In this document: in pieces, positions 28,867 through 37,965 of the stretch
How positions within the stretch are numbered: position 1 is the stretch's first letter
How the letters are laid out: each line of letters starts with the position of its first letter
DNA from: Candidatus Woesearchaeota archaeon
GTDB lineage: Archaea; Nanobdellota; Nanobdellia; Pacearchaeales; GW2011-AR1
Assembly: GCA_964576755.1 (NCBI GenBank)
Contig: CAZNUV010000001.1
Location: 106,883 to 159,530 of the forward strand
DNA: 52,648 nucleotides
Direction: 5' to 3'
The notes under the pieces: generated by a model
The model's database searches: none
What the model saw: only the letters and a program-made list of their open reading frames with translations
What the model was told of the DNA's origin: nothing
Program-made: the position numbers and the translations under genes

Positions 28867-29187
28867 ATGGGAAATTTTAAATTTAAAACAGAAGGAAGAA
28901 AAGCACGACAAAAGTGGGTTGAAAAAGAAAGAACTGCTATCTCAATTGTAAGAAGAGTTCTACAATCCTGGGAATCATTTAATGAAGTATATGAAAATCA
29001 TGCAAGACACAAGAGATTTAATAATTCTCTAAGGTTACTTCCACCTGCAGAAGATTATGTTGAACTAAGCATTCTAAATTCAAAAAGACCTGAAAGATTA
29101 GTGGTAGACAGAGTAACTGGAGACACATATATAACTGCAGACCATTATGGTAGTTTTGAATATGTCGGAAGAATTGGAGAAAAATAA
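28867..29187 (+). CDS. Barnase/RNase Sa-like microbial ribonuclease domain protein
   Basis: Y.E ... ERLVV ... YITADHYGSF matches the barnase catalytic Glu/Arg/His pattern. Confidence 0.65.
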   Translation: MGNFKFKTEGRKARQKWVEKERTAISIVRRVLQSWESFNEVYENHARHKRFNNSLRLLPPAEDYVELSILNSKRPERLVVDRVTGDTYITADHYGSFEYVGRIGEK

Positions 29188-29736
29188 TTACCTGACCTTA
29201 CAAATCTCTCCTAATTTTCTTTGAACAGCATAAAATATTTCTGGGGAGACAAGAGATTTATGACTACCTTTGATTAATCTTCCTGAGAATTTTATTTCAC
29301 CCAAATAAGTTCTATTAGAAAGAACTTTTTTTAATCCGTTAACCGATAAACCATAATTCTTTGCAAGACTGTTTAAAGAATAATCTTTTTCTAAAAAGGT
29401 TTTAAATAGTGAATGAACTCTAGATGCATCAGAATTTTGTACAAGTGTTCCATCAACAACACCATAGCCAAGTGGTGCACGACTAATTACTTTTCCTTTT
29501 TCAGCAGTTTGAAGCATTCCTGATTTTTGCGAACTTCCCGGAGATTGACTTGGACCATATTTTCTAAAAGTCTCAAGCAATTTCCAATCTATTTTCTCAT
29601 CAACATACTTCTCAAATTGATTTTTATCATTTGGTGCAAATCTAGCACATACAGAACATAAAACTAGCCCAAACTTCTCTTTACATTTTGATTTTGTTTC
29701 AGAATATCCACATTTTTCACAGACTTGTTTCTCCAT
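29188..29736 (-). CDS. Zn-finger plus serine-recombinase DNA-binding ('Recombinase') domain protein
   Basis: CEKC...CSVC; APLGY, LSNRTYLG, H..LVS.E.F..VQ; start moved to ATG 29736. Confidence 0.7.
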   Translation of the reverse strand: MEKQVCEKCGYSETKSKCKEKFGLVLCSVCARFAPNDKNQFEKYVDEKIDWKLLETFRKYGPSQSPGSSQKSGMLQTAEKGKVISRAPLGYGVVDGTLVQNSDASRVHSLFKTFLEKDYSLNSLAKNYGLSVNGLKKVLSNRTYLGEIKFSGRLIKGSHKSLVSPEIFYAVQRKLGEICKVR

Positions 29737-29798
29737 AATAATAAACAAGAAATAGAATTTAAATAATTTTAATTTTAAGATTATTTAAGGGTTTTATC

Positions 29799-30200
29799 TT
29801 ATTTAGTAGATCTAGGATATTCACCATCTATTATTCCAAATTCTTTTTGATAAGTTTCGCATTCTTCAGGATTTTCTAGAAGTATTGTTTGGTTACATTT
29901 TCTACCAGTTAAAGCACAAAGCAGTTCTATGCCTTTTGTTTTACGCACATAACCGCAAGGAGAAAAAAATACTTCTTGATAGGTAAAACATTCTTCAGGA
30001 TTTCCTGAAGGCATTTTTCTATGGCAATTTTGACCAGTTAAAGAACATACTCCTTCAACCTTATCCCGGCGGATATTAATTCGTAATCCAAATTCCTTGT
30101 GTTGAGATAAATATCCACATATTGGTTGTTCAGAGGTTTTTAAACCTGTTTGGTATTTGTGTGTTGCTTCCTTGTAAATTTTTTGTGTTAGCTGTTTCAT
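29799..30200 (-). CDS. Cys-rich hypothetical protein with internal duplication
   Basis: CGY...CSLTGQNC...NPEECFTYQE and CGY...CALTGRKC...NPEECETYQK; start uncertain (30200 or 30236). Confidence 0.6.
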   Translation of the reverse strand: MKQLTQKIYKEATHKYQTGLKTSEQPICGYLSQHKEFGLRINIRRDKVEGVCSLTGQNCHRKMPSGNPEECFTYQEVFFSPCGYVRKTKGIELLCALTGRKCNQTILLENPEECETYQKEFGIIDGEYPRSTK

Positions 30201-30244
30201 GAGTTGTAAGATAAATACTGTATTCCCTTTAAGCATAATCTTAA

Positions 30245-31897
30245 TTAAGTTCTCTTTGAATGGTGTTTTTGTTCTGGAAATGAAATAATTGGAATACCAA
30301 AATTATCAAAACATGTAGAAAAATTAATTTGGTTTACTCCTAAATTTGCTAATAATAGAGATGGAGCCCTTTCTTCACCAGGAATATCTCCTGATTCTGC
30401 ACCACAAAGACCTCTAAAAGAATCATAATCGTTTCCAGTAGCCAAAATATTTGGAAAGGTTTCATCCGGAGTTCCAACAACATAAACTCCTCTTACTCTC
30501 TCTTTTTTCCCATTAGTATACATTCTAAAAATATTCACAGGAAAAGTATTATAAAAACAATCTTCAGGCATAGCTTCTCCCGTACCAACACCTTCAAAAA
30601 TCAAACCATATTTTTTCCCTCTTTTTAAACATTCCTCTCTTAACTGACTTTTTAATTGATCTAAAGTATATTCCCTATTAGAACTTACAATTAGATTACT
30701 CTGTCGTGCACAGGGATCAAGGGTTTCTGAAGAAATCCCATGACCATTTGATTGTGTTTTATAATAACCTGCAGATTGTCTATCATGAATATAATTTTTT
30801 AATTTTCCATTTTCAATTAAACAAACTTTTTGTGCAGGAATTCCTTCATTATCAAATTTATAATATCCATACATATCCTTTCTTCCAGGATCATCAACAA
30901 GGGTTATGAAATCTGGAGTTATTTGTTCACCAATTCTATCTTTAAGTAAGGTTACAACAGGACTATATTCTAAAAAAGAATCTTCATCATCATCTGCTTG
31001 CATACGGTGTGCTTCTGCTGAATGGCCAAAAACTTCATGAAATAAAACTCCGTGATTTTTAGGACACATTATTGTTGGGCAACCATCATTTTTTTCTTTT
31101 GGAGCATGCACTATTTCCTGTAAATTCTTATGGGCCTTTTTAGTCTGTTTTAAGATTTCATTAGGAGTTGGTAAGAGTTCTCCTTGTTTTCTATGAAATA
31201 CAACTAAGTAAGGAATAATGTAATCTTCCTCATCTAATGCATTAAGTTCAATTTTTAATTCAAAATCTGAAGAAGAAGTATATATCTTTGAGGACTCTGA
31301 GTTAAGAAAATATCTTTGTATCTGTTGGGTATTAAATGCTATTTCATGAGATAGTAATCCCTCATATCTTAGGAATTTCTTTGATAAATCTAAAAGTGCC
31401 TGGCCATAACCTTCTAATGGAAATTCAAAATTATTGTCTTTTTCAATATATACTGAAGGTTTTTCTCTAGAAAAATAAATATATTTATCCCTTGAAATAG
31501 ATGCTCTTTTCCCTAATGTGTCTCCCAATCTAGACTCAAAATCTTTTGTACACTCCCAAAAAGCAGCTGTAGCATTTTTTGATAATTCATTCATACATGC
31601 CACCCTTGATAGGTCTAATGGAAGAATATAACTTCCTGCAGCTACAGCTCCTCCTTTTTCATAACCTCCCATTCTAATTTCCATTCGCCCTTTAATTTCT
31701 CTTTGGTTTCTCTTCTGATTAAATATTGCCCCGTTTTTAATATGAAGATAAGAAGATGTAGAACTAAGTACTTCAAGAGAAGTAAAAAATGGTTTGTAAG
31801 GTATTTTAATTCCATCTGTTCTTTGATTAATTGCTTTTGCATTCATCATAACAGGCATAAACTCCTCGAGAATTCTGAAAATCTTATTATTTACCAT
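30245..31897 (-). CDS. tldD: TldD/PmbA-family metalloprotease (TldD type)
   Basis: HEVFGHSAEAH (HExxxH), DDP, FDNEG, R.SN, CGAESG. Confidence 0.85.
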   Translation of the reverse strand: MVNNKIFRILEEFMPVMMNAKAINQRTDGIKIPYKPFFTSLEVLSSTSSYLHIKNGAIFNQKRNQREIKGRMEIRMGGYEKGGAVAAGSYILPLDLSRVACMNELSKNATAAFWECTKDFESRLGDTLGKRASISRDKYIYFSREKPSVYIEKDNNFEFPLEGYGQALLDLSKKFLRYEGLLSHEIAFNTQQIQRYFLNSESSKIYTSSSDFELKIELNALDEEDYIIPYLVVFHRKQGELLPTPNEILKQTKKAHKNLQEIVHAPKEKNDGCPTIMCPKNHGVLFHEVFGHSAEAHRMQADDDEDSFLEYSPVVTLLKDRIGEQITPDFITLVDDPGRKDMYGYYKFDNEGIPAQKVCLIENGKLKNYIHDRQSAGYYKTQSNGHGISSETLDPCARQSNLIVSSNREYTLDQLKSQLREECLKRGKKYGLIFEGVGTGEAMPEDCFYNTFPVNIFRMYTNGKKERVRGVYVVGTPDETFPNILATGNDYDSFRGLCGAESGDIPGEERAPSLLLANLGVNQINFSTCFDNFGIPIISFPEQKHHSKRT

Positions 31898-31992
31898 TTT
31901 TCTAAATTAAAATAACAAAAATGGTTTAAAAAGAATTTAGAAGTTCTAAAACATATGTTCAAATAATATTAAAGAAATGAAAAATCACAAAA

Positions 31993-32838
31993 TTATAATT
32001 TATCAATAGGAGATTTTATTTTCTTTAGTTCTTCTGAAGAAATGTGTGTATAAATCTGTGTTGTTGAAAGATCTGCATGACCTAGTAGCTCTTGAATTTT
32101 TCTTATATCTACACCATCTTCTAAAAGATGGGTTGCAAAACTATGTCTTAAAGTGTGACAATGAACATCTTTATTTATTCCAGCACGAACAGCAGCAGAA
32201 GAAACTATTTTTTGAAGATTTCTAATAGATAATTGTTCACTAGACTTAGAATTAGAATAAGAACTAGAAAAAACATATTCTTTTCCTGCTTTTTTCTGAT
32301 TTTCAATATGTTTTTTTAATTTTTTATATAAAAAATTAGGAATATTAAAAATCCTATCTTTTCTACCTTTTGCTTGACGAATATGACCAATTCTTTCTTC
32401 AAAATTTAAATTTTCAATTTTTAAATTGATTAATTCTGAAACACGAAAACCACAAGCATATAACATTGCAACCATTAAATAAGATTTTTTTGTATCAAGA
32501 ACTTTTAGTAAATCTCTTATTTCTTGTTTTGTTAAAACAGCAGGAATTCTCTTTTCACGCTTAGGTCTTTTTATTCCTGCTGTGATGTCTTTTTTTAGAA
32601 TATTAGAATATGCAAATTTAATTGCAGCTAAAAATAAGATTATTGATGCAGCTGCTTTATCACTAAGTTTTTCAGCCATATACATTTTTACATCATCTTC
32701 TTGCATTTCATCTGGTGTCTTACCAAAAAAATCAATCAATCTTTGATTTGCATTAATATAACTCTGAACTGTATATTGAGAATTTTTAGAAATTTTTAAG
32801 TCGATTTCAATTTTTTTTAAAAATTCTTGTTTTTCCAT
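31993..32838 (-). CDS. xerA: XerA-like tyrosine recombinase
   Basis: GFRVSEL, KGRKDR, HTLRHSFATHLL, LGHADLSTTQIY (R-K-H-R-H-Y set intact). Confidence 0.88.
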   Translation of the reverse strand: MEKQEFLKKIEIDLKISKNSQYTVQSYINANQRLIDFFGKTPDEMQEDDVKMYMAEKLSDKAAASIILFLAAIKFAYSNILKKDITAGIKRPKREKRIPAVLTKQEIRDLLKVLDTKKSYLMVAMLYACGFRVSELINLKIENLNFEERIGHIRQAKGRKDRIFNIPNFLYKKLKKHIENQKKAGKEYVFSSSYSNSKSSEQLSIRNLQKIVSSAAVRAGINKDVHCHTLRHSFATHLLEDGVDIRKIQELLGHADLSTTQIYTHISSEELKKIKSPIDKL

Positions 32839-32858
32839 ATTATATTTATCCTGAAAAC

Positions 32859-33509
32859 TTAAACAGCTATTCCAAGCTTAAACAGCTGTTTAAACAGCTG
32901 TTTATTATCTTTAAACAACACTGTTTTAAATCCTAATTTTTTTGCAGGTTTTAAATTCCAGGTTTGATTATCTATAAAAACACACTCTCTAGCAGGCAAT
33001 TTTAATTTTTTTAAGATTAATTTGTAAATTTTTGGATTAGGTTTTCTTATACCTATATCACACGAAACAACTACAGGATGAAAATATTTAGTAAATTTTT
33101 CATGAACTAAAACCTCTCGAGATAAAGGCCATTGGTCAGATAAAATTGCAATTTTATATCCTGCTTTTTTAAGTTTAAATGCAAATTTATAGAGTTTTTT
33201 ATTATGTTTAAAGTTTTTTTTATAAGATTTAAGAATTATTTTTCTTAATTTTGCTTCTGGAATATTTGTATTTTTTGAAATTATTTTTAATGCTTTTTTT
33301 TCAGATATTTTGCCTTCTATTGCATCTGCATAAGTAGAATCAATTGCATCAAACCACTGATCTAAAGGAATATGTAATTTTTTAGAGATGTATTGATGAA
33401 CTCCATAAGTTCTATGGCCTTGTAAATTAATATCTTTAGATTTTCCTAAAGATAAAACACCTCCAATATCAAAAATAACTGCACTTATAGGATTATTCAC
33501 ACTCTTCAT
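32859..33509 (-). CDS. HAD-family phosphatase (YihX-like)
   Basis: FDIGGV, LSD, KPNPKIY, FIDN; start moved to ATG 33509. Confidence 0.88.
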   Translation of the reverse strand: MKSVNNPISAVIFDIGGVLSLGKSKDINLQGHRTYGVHQYISKKLHIPLDQWFDAIDSTYADAIEGKISEKKALKIISKNTNIPEAKLRKIILKSYKKNFKHNKKLYKFAFKLKKAGYKIAILSDQWPLSREVLVHEKFTKYFHPVVVSCDIGIRKPNPKIYKLILKKLKLPARECVFIDNQTWNLKPAKKLGFKTVLFKDNKQLFKQLFKLGIAV

Positions 33510-33528
33510 ATCAAGGATTATACGAACT
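33501..33528 (+). other. Degenerate dif-like site
   Basis: ACTCTTCATAT-CAAGGA-TTATACGAACT; 21/28 identical to the reverse complement of 52594-52621, including 15 contiguous bases. Confidence 0.5.
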
Positions 33529-33567
33529 TCTTTAAAAACTTTCACAAATCTTAAAATCAAGCCCTAA

Positions 33568-33714
33568 TTAAGCTAAACTTGAGATAATTTCTAAAACTCC
33601 TATAATTAACAGATAAAGCCCAATAGCGATTCTTAAGAATTTTGGAAATGCCAAAACCAATATTCCTACAATAATTGCAAGAAATCCTGAAATTGCTAAA
33701 CTAATTCCTACCAT
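33568..33714 (-). CDS. Small membrane protein (DUF3096-like), 48 aa
   Basis: Not in ORF track; MVGISLAISGFLAIIVGILVLAFPKFLRIAIGLYLLIIG...; GGGAGGT SD upstream. Confidence 0.7.
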   Translation of the reverse strand: MVGISLAISGFLAIIVGILVLAFPKFLRIAIGLYLLIIGVLEIISSLA

Positions 33715-33791
33715 TTTTCATACCTCCCTGTTATATATAATTAAACATAGAAAAGGTATTATTTATGCTTTATTATGCTGGTTTTACAGAA

Positions 33792-33850
33792 TTATGAATA
33801 TATATGCAAAACAAAAGGTTTATAAATGGTTATGAATATATATTCATAAC
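33792..33850 (+). promoter_or_regulatory. Promoter with 22-bp perfect palindrome and an imperfect second copy flanking the TATA box
   Basis: GTTATGAATATATATTCATAAC at 33829-33850; TTATGAATATATATGCAAAA at 33792-33811; TTTATAAA at 33819-33826. Confidence 0.75.
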
Positions 33851-33881
33851 TAAATAAGCTGAAAAAAGCAAAGGAGATAAA

Positions 33882-34172
33882 ATGCCAAGATATGATCAAA
33901 CAGGTCCTGATGGACAAGGACCAAAAACAGGGAAACAACTAGGAAATTGTGAAGGAACAGAACCAAACAGTTCTAACTATACTCTAAAAGGCGCAGGACT
34001 TGGAAGAGGACTCGGCCCTTGTGGAAGAGGACTTGGAAGAGGCTGTGGTAGAGGAATGGGTTTAGGAAGAGGATTCAGAAACCAATCACCACTAACTCAA
34101 GAAGAAGAGAGAAAGTTTCTAGAAACTCAAAGAGATAATGCAGAGAAAAGGTTAAAAGAACTAGACTCTTAA
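33882..34172 (+). CDS. DUF5320-family Gly/Arg-rich protein
   Basis: MPRYDQTGPDGQGPKTG..LG.C, GRG repeats, C-terminal coiled coil. Confidence 0.85.
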   Translation: MPRYDQTGPDGQGPKTGKQLGNCEGTEPNSSNYTLKGAGLGRGLGPCGRGLGRGCGRGMGLGRGFRNQSPLTQEEERKFLETQRDNAEKRLKELDS

Positions 34173-34191
34173 ACCTATTAGGAGATAAACA

Positions 34192-34470
34192 ATGCCAAGA
34201 CCATGTATAAAGAGAAGAATCCAGGGTCGACCAGATTCTTCTTATTTTAAACCAGCTGGAAAGAGAATGATTGAACTAGAGGAAACTATCTTAACAATGC
34301 CAGAGTTTGAAGCAATTCGTCTTGTAGATTTAAATGAAATTCCTCAAGAGAAAGCTGGAAAACAAATGCAAATTTCACAATCAACTCTTTCGCGAGTTTT
34401 AAAAACAAGTAGAAAAAAACTCGCTGATGCTATTGTACATGGAAAAGCAATTAAGATTGTAAAAATATAA
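34192..34470 (+). CDS. DUF134 HTH DNA-binding protein
   Basis: MPRP, YFKPAG, EFEAIRLVD, MQISQSTLSR.L, ADAIVHGKAI. Confidence 0.9.
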   Translation: MPRPCIKRRIQGRPDSSYFKPAGKRMIELEETILTMPEFEAIRLVDLNEIPQEKAGKQMQISQSTLSRVLKTSRKKLADAIVHGKAIKIVKI

Positions 34471-34485
34471 AATTTAATAGATAAT

Positions 34486-34662
34486 ATGGAAAATAAAATT
34501 AAATGTCCTATAACTAGGATAGAATATTGCTTACAAGATTGTTTAATACCCTATAACCTCCCATGTAAGGATAAAACTATAGATAGTGATGCTAATGTAT
34601 TTTGTAATTTACAAGGATTAGTTGAATGTGAAGTTATTCTAAAAGCAAATACTCGGGGATAA
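34486..34662 (+). CDS. Small Cys-rich protein, 58 aa
   Basis: Not in ORF track; MENKIKCPITRIEYCLQDC... with six Cys; fills the intergenic gap. Confidence 0.45.
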   Translation: MENKIKCPITRIEYCLQDCLIPYNLPCKDKTIDSDANVFCNLQGLVECEVILKANTRG

Positions 34663-34692
34663 ATCTAAAAATATAACATTACTTTATAGGAC

Positions 34693-35166
34693 ATGGTTAA
34701 AAGAATTTATCATAAAATAAAGAATAAAATAAAAAAACACTTTGAAGAAGTTTTAAGGATAAAAACTTCTCCGCATTCTATTGCATTGGGTTTTGCAATT
34801 GGAAGTGCTATTGCACTTTTCCCAACTTTTGGATTAGGGGGATTAATTGGACTAGCAATTGTTTTAATTTTTGAGAAAGTTAGTAAACTTTCTTTATTTG
34901 CAGGTTTAGCTTTTTGGAATCCTCTTGTTTTGATTCCGACATATGGTTTATCTTATAAAATTGGTGCATTTTTACTAAAAAATGCTCCATCAAAAACATA
35001 TAATTTATGGATATTTAACCAGCTTTTTAATTATTCTAGAAGATTTTTACTAGGAAATTTAATATTAACAATAACTTTAACATTATTGGGTTATTTCATA
35101 GTCTTGTTTTTAGCTAAAAGGTACTATAGAAATTATAAACCAATTTTAGAAGAGATTTCTGTTTAA
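34693..35166 (+). CDS. DUF2062 membrane protein
   Basis: SPHSIALGFAIG...FPTFG, WNPL, YKIG. Confidence 0.88.
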   Translation: MVKRIYHKIKNKIKKHFEEVLRIKTSPHSIALGFAIGSAIALFPTFGLGGLIGLAIVLIFEKVSKLSLFAGLAFWNPLVLIPTYGLSYKIGAFLLKNAPSKTYNLWIFNQLFNYSRRFLLGNLILTITLTLLGYFIVLFLAKRYYRNYKPILEEISV

Positions 35167-35181
35167 TAATAAAAAACAGAA

Positions 35182-35505
35182 TTATTTTAATTTTACAGCA
35201 GTTCCGTATGCAAGCATTTCTGCTGCACCAGCCATTACAGTAGATGTTGTGAACCTAATATTAACAACTGCGTCTGCTTTTAATTTTACAGCATCATTAA
35301 TCATTCTATTAAAAGCTTCTTCTCTTGCTTGTGTCATCATCTCTGTGTAAGATACAATTTCTCCACCAACAATATTTTTTAATCCTGCAAGAATGTCTCT
35401 ACCAATGTTTCTCGCACGAATAGTGTTTCCTCTTACAACTCCTAGAACACTAGCAATCTTTTTCCCTGGAATTTCTGCTGTTGTGGAGGTTATTATTTGT
35501 TTCAT
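35182..35505 (-). CDS. YbjQ/UPF0145 family protein
   Basis: LGVVRG, LKNIVGGEI..YT, ADAVVNIRF, AYGTAV. Confidence 0.93.
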   Translation of the reverse strand: MKQIITSTTAEIPGKKIASVLGVVRGNTIRARNIGRDILAGLKNIVGGEIVSYTEMMTQAREEAFNRMINDAVKLKADAVVNIRFTTSTVMAGAAEMLAYGTAVKLK

Positions 35506-35506
35506 T

Positions 35507-35698
35507 TTATTTTGTGGGTTTTTTCCTTATTAAATCTTTTCTCTGTTCAATCTTGCTTTCTTCTTTCCAAAAAACAATAAGCGCAATTCCGACTGCAGAT
35601 AAAATTAATGCAGCAACTAATGGGAGATCTTTAAAAAAATACAAGTATGCTGCAAAAAGGATTATTAGACTACCTAAATAAATTGAATCTCTTTTCAT
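35507..35698 (-). CDS. Small membrane protein
   Basis: Two TM segments plus basic tail; coupled to ybjQ. Confidence 0.6.
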   Translation of the reverse strand: MKRDSIYLGSLIILFAAYLYFFKDLPLVAALILSAVGIALIVFWKEESKIEQRKDLIRKKPTK

Positions 35699-35732
35699 AC
35701 CTAACCAAGAATATTTAGATTAATAAGGATTA

Positions 35733-36140
35733 CTACTGTCCTCTTTCTTGTAATCTCTTTTGTCTTTTTCTATTAATATAAGGAATTATAAAATTTAATG
35801 TGGCAGCTAATACACCCCCACCCATTAGAATACTGCTATTTCTTTTTCTCTTGTAAATCCTTTGTTCTTCTTCTTTATACCACTTATTTTCTGGGGCTAA
35901 TTGTCTTGCCCGGGATTTTAAACTGATAATTTCATCTGCAATATCTCTATCTAAAAAGGTTTTTGAAGAAGTCAGACCATCTGCACCTAATTCTTTTGTC
36001 TTAGCAGCTATATTATTTGTAACTTGAGTATATTTTAAAGAAGCATCTCTTAAATCTAAAGAAGGGGTTGGAACAGTAGCATAAAAAATAGCTCCTGTCA
36101 CAATTAAGCCTGCACCAATAACATACCCTTTTAGAGACAT
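35733..36140 (-). CDS. Hypothetical membrane protein
   Basis: N- and C-terminal hydrophobic segments. Confidence 0.6.
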   Translation of the reverse strand: MSLKGYVIGAGLIVTGAIFYATVPTPSLDLRDASLKYTQVTNNIAAKTKELGADGLTSSKTFLDRDIADEIISLKSRARQLAPENKWYKEEEQRIYKRKRNSSILMGGGVLAATLNFIIPYINRKRQKRLQERGQ

Positions 36141-36262
36141 TGTTTAATAAAGAATAATTAAAGATTTATAATTATTTATATACCCAAGACTACTTATGAA
36201 TATTTAGAAATCTCCAAAGAATTAGTTAACTATATAAACAATTTTTTCTTTTAAAAAATAAC

Positions 36263-36538
36263 ATGGAACCAACTGTTGTTGCAGGGCTTCTTGGAGGTAT
36301 TGGTGGTTTAACAAGAGGTTTTATTGGTCTGCTTAAAGCTCTGTCAATTAGAAGAAAAATTCTTTGGGGTTATTATGCTATTACAGTAATTATTGCAGTT
36401 GTCATTGGTATCTTTATTGGAATTATTTTTGACTTTGACTACAGGCTGAGCCTGCTCGCAGGCTATGCTGGTACTGATATTCTTGAGGGTATTTACAAGT
36501 CTTTCAAGGTTCAAAAGGTTTATATTAAAAAGGGGTAA
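36263..36538 (+). CDS. Small three-TM membrane protein
   Basis: GLLGGIGG, LAGYAGTDILEG; holin-like topology, function unknown. Confidence 0.65.
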   Translation: MEPTVVAGLLGGIGGLTRGFIGLLKALSIRRKILWGYYAITVIIAVVIGIFIGIIFDFDYRLSLLAGYAGTDILEGIYKSFKVQKVYIKKG

Positions 36539-36545
36539 AAGGAAA

Positions 36546-37172
36546 ATGGGATGGAGTAATTGGTCGTATTAAAAAAGATATGGGGTAATTGGGTTAATAA
36601 TTGGAATAATCTTAGGAATAATCGATTTTATTACTCAATATTTTTTAATTTCTGGAATCCATCTTAGATTTTCTCCGTTATACTATATTTTGTTTTTTGT
36701 TTTTGGTTATTTTGTAGACTTTTTTATTCATGGAGATGCCTCGTTAGCCGCAGCTATTATCTTAGGTAGTTTAATGTTAATTGTCCATTATTTTTTAATA
36801 GGACTACTTATCGGTTTGATTAGAGAATTAATAATTAAAAAAAGAAAGGGGGAACCTCTGGGAATAAACCGATCTCAGGCATGGGTAGGGGGCGGGTTAA
36901 TTGGCCTGATTATCTGTATTGTTTTTATTTTGATTGCATTTTTACCATTTACTTGGAAAATCTTAGCACCTTTTGATATTTTTTTCTATGGGGTAATTCT
37001 CTTCCCAATTGGAACAAAGATTCTTTATCAGCAATTTTTAAGCTCTTTGTTTAGAGAGTTATTGTATACATTATTAATTTATTTCCTAATCGGAGCACTA
37101 ATCGGCTGGATAATAGGTAAGATTAAAGCAAGGAAACAACAAGTTCCAATCCAAAATAAAAAAACAATCTAA
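36546..37172 (+). pseudogene. Membrane protein gene with in-frame TAA at codon 9
   Basis: ATG 36546 MGWSNWSY*KRYGVIG... is in frame with ORF 36690-37172. Confidence 0.55.
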
Positions 37173-37175
37173 AAA

Positions 37176-37397
37176 ATGACAAAACTAACAATAGACTTAG
37201 ATGACGCAGAAATAAAACTTCTAGAAAAGCGTGCAAAAAAGAACTTATTCACATTAAAAGAACAAGTTGAAGACATTTTAAGGCGAAGTTGTGCAAGTAT
37301 GCAGAATCAGACAGGATATAGACAAGTAAAGGTTGATGACAAACTAGTTGCGATTTTTTCTCGTGAAAGGCGCGGGAGGAAGAAAAAGAAAAAATGA
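37176..37397 (+). CDS. Small RHH/CopG-like protein
   Basis: Beta-strand (KLTIDL) then two helices; basic tail. Confidence 0.55.
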   Translation: MTKLTIDLDDAEIKLLEKRAKKNLFTLKEQVEDILRRSCASMQNQTGYRQVKVDDKLVAIFSRERRGRKKKKK

Positions 37398-37735
37398 GTA
37401 GTATAAAAGAATTTTTAAAACCAAACTTGTGGAAAGTAATATTATTTATAATTTTAATTTTTGGGAGTTATTTAATATTAGTATATGTCAATCCAAGGAT
37501 TTTTCCTTGTAGCACATTAATCAATCCATTAGTAGAGCGATTTAGTCCAAGGGAGAGTTATAAACTCTGTGGTTTTTGTAATTTTAAGGGTTGGTTTTCT
37601 GGGATATGTGGGTATGCAGACCACCACTATAATCATACGCCGGGGTCAATTATAATGTTAATAATTATTCTCTTAATATTACCTTATCTGGTTTCTTGTG
37701 GTATTGTGAGTTTAATCAGGAGAAAGAAAAAATGA
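37394..37735 (+). CDS. Two-TM membrane protein with Cys-containing loop
   Basis: KEFLKPNLWK...PYLVSC; ATGA-coupled. Confidence 0.7.
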   Translation: MSSIKEFLKPNLWKVILFIILIFGSYLILVYVNPRIFPCSTLINPLVERFSPRESYKLCGFCNFKGWFSGICGYADHHYNHTPGSIIMLIIILLILPYLVSCGIVSLIRRKKK

Positions 37736-37965
37736 TATTTAAACTAATTGGGGCACTCGGATTAATACTAATGACTATAGGAGTAGTCTACAAAAAGAGA
37801 AAAATTCAAGATTATTTGTATATTATAGGAGGGATCTGTTTACTAAGTTATAGTATTTATATTCATGCTCTGATTTTTATAATATTGCAAATAGTTTTCA
37901 CTCTTGCTGCATTTTATGATTTAGTTGTAAAAACAAATAAACACGAGAAGAAAAAGAAAAAATGA
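37732..37965 (+). CDS. Small three-TM membrane protein
   Basis: Start moved to ATG 37732 (ATGA overlap); GGICLLSYS, FIILQ. Confidence 0.7.
   Translation: MIFKLIGALGLILMTIGVVYKKRKIQDYLYIIGGICLLSYSIYIHALIFIILQIVFTLAAFYDLVVKTNKHEKKKKK

Noticed and set aside
30228-30255. Additional dif-like site (TTTAAGCATAA-TCTTAA-TTAAG...)
   Set aside because: Right arm lacks TTAT and the spacer differs; plausible by chance in AT-rich DNA. Similar weak AAGGATTA matches near 35725 and 48006 also rejected
31993-32838. Integron integrase with attC cassette array
   Set aside because: 281-aa protein shows no obvious IntI-specific insertion, and no attC-type (RYYYAAC...GTTRRRY) sites were found between downstream genes
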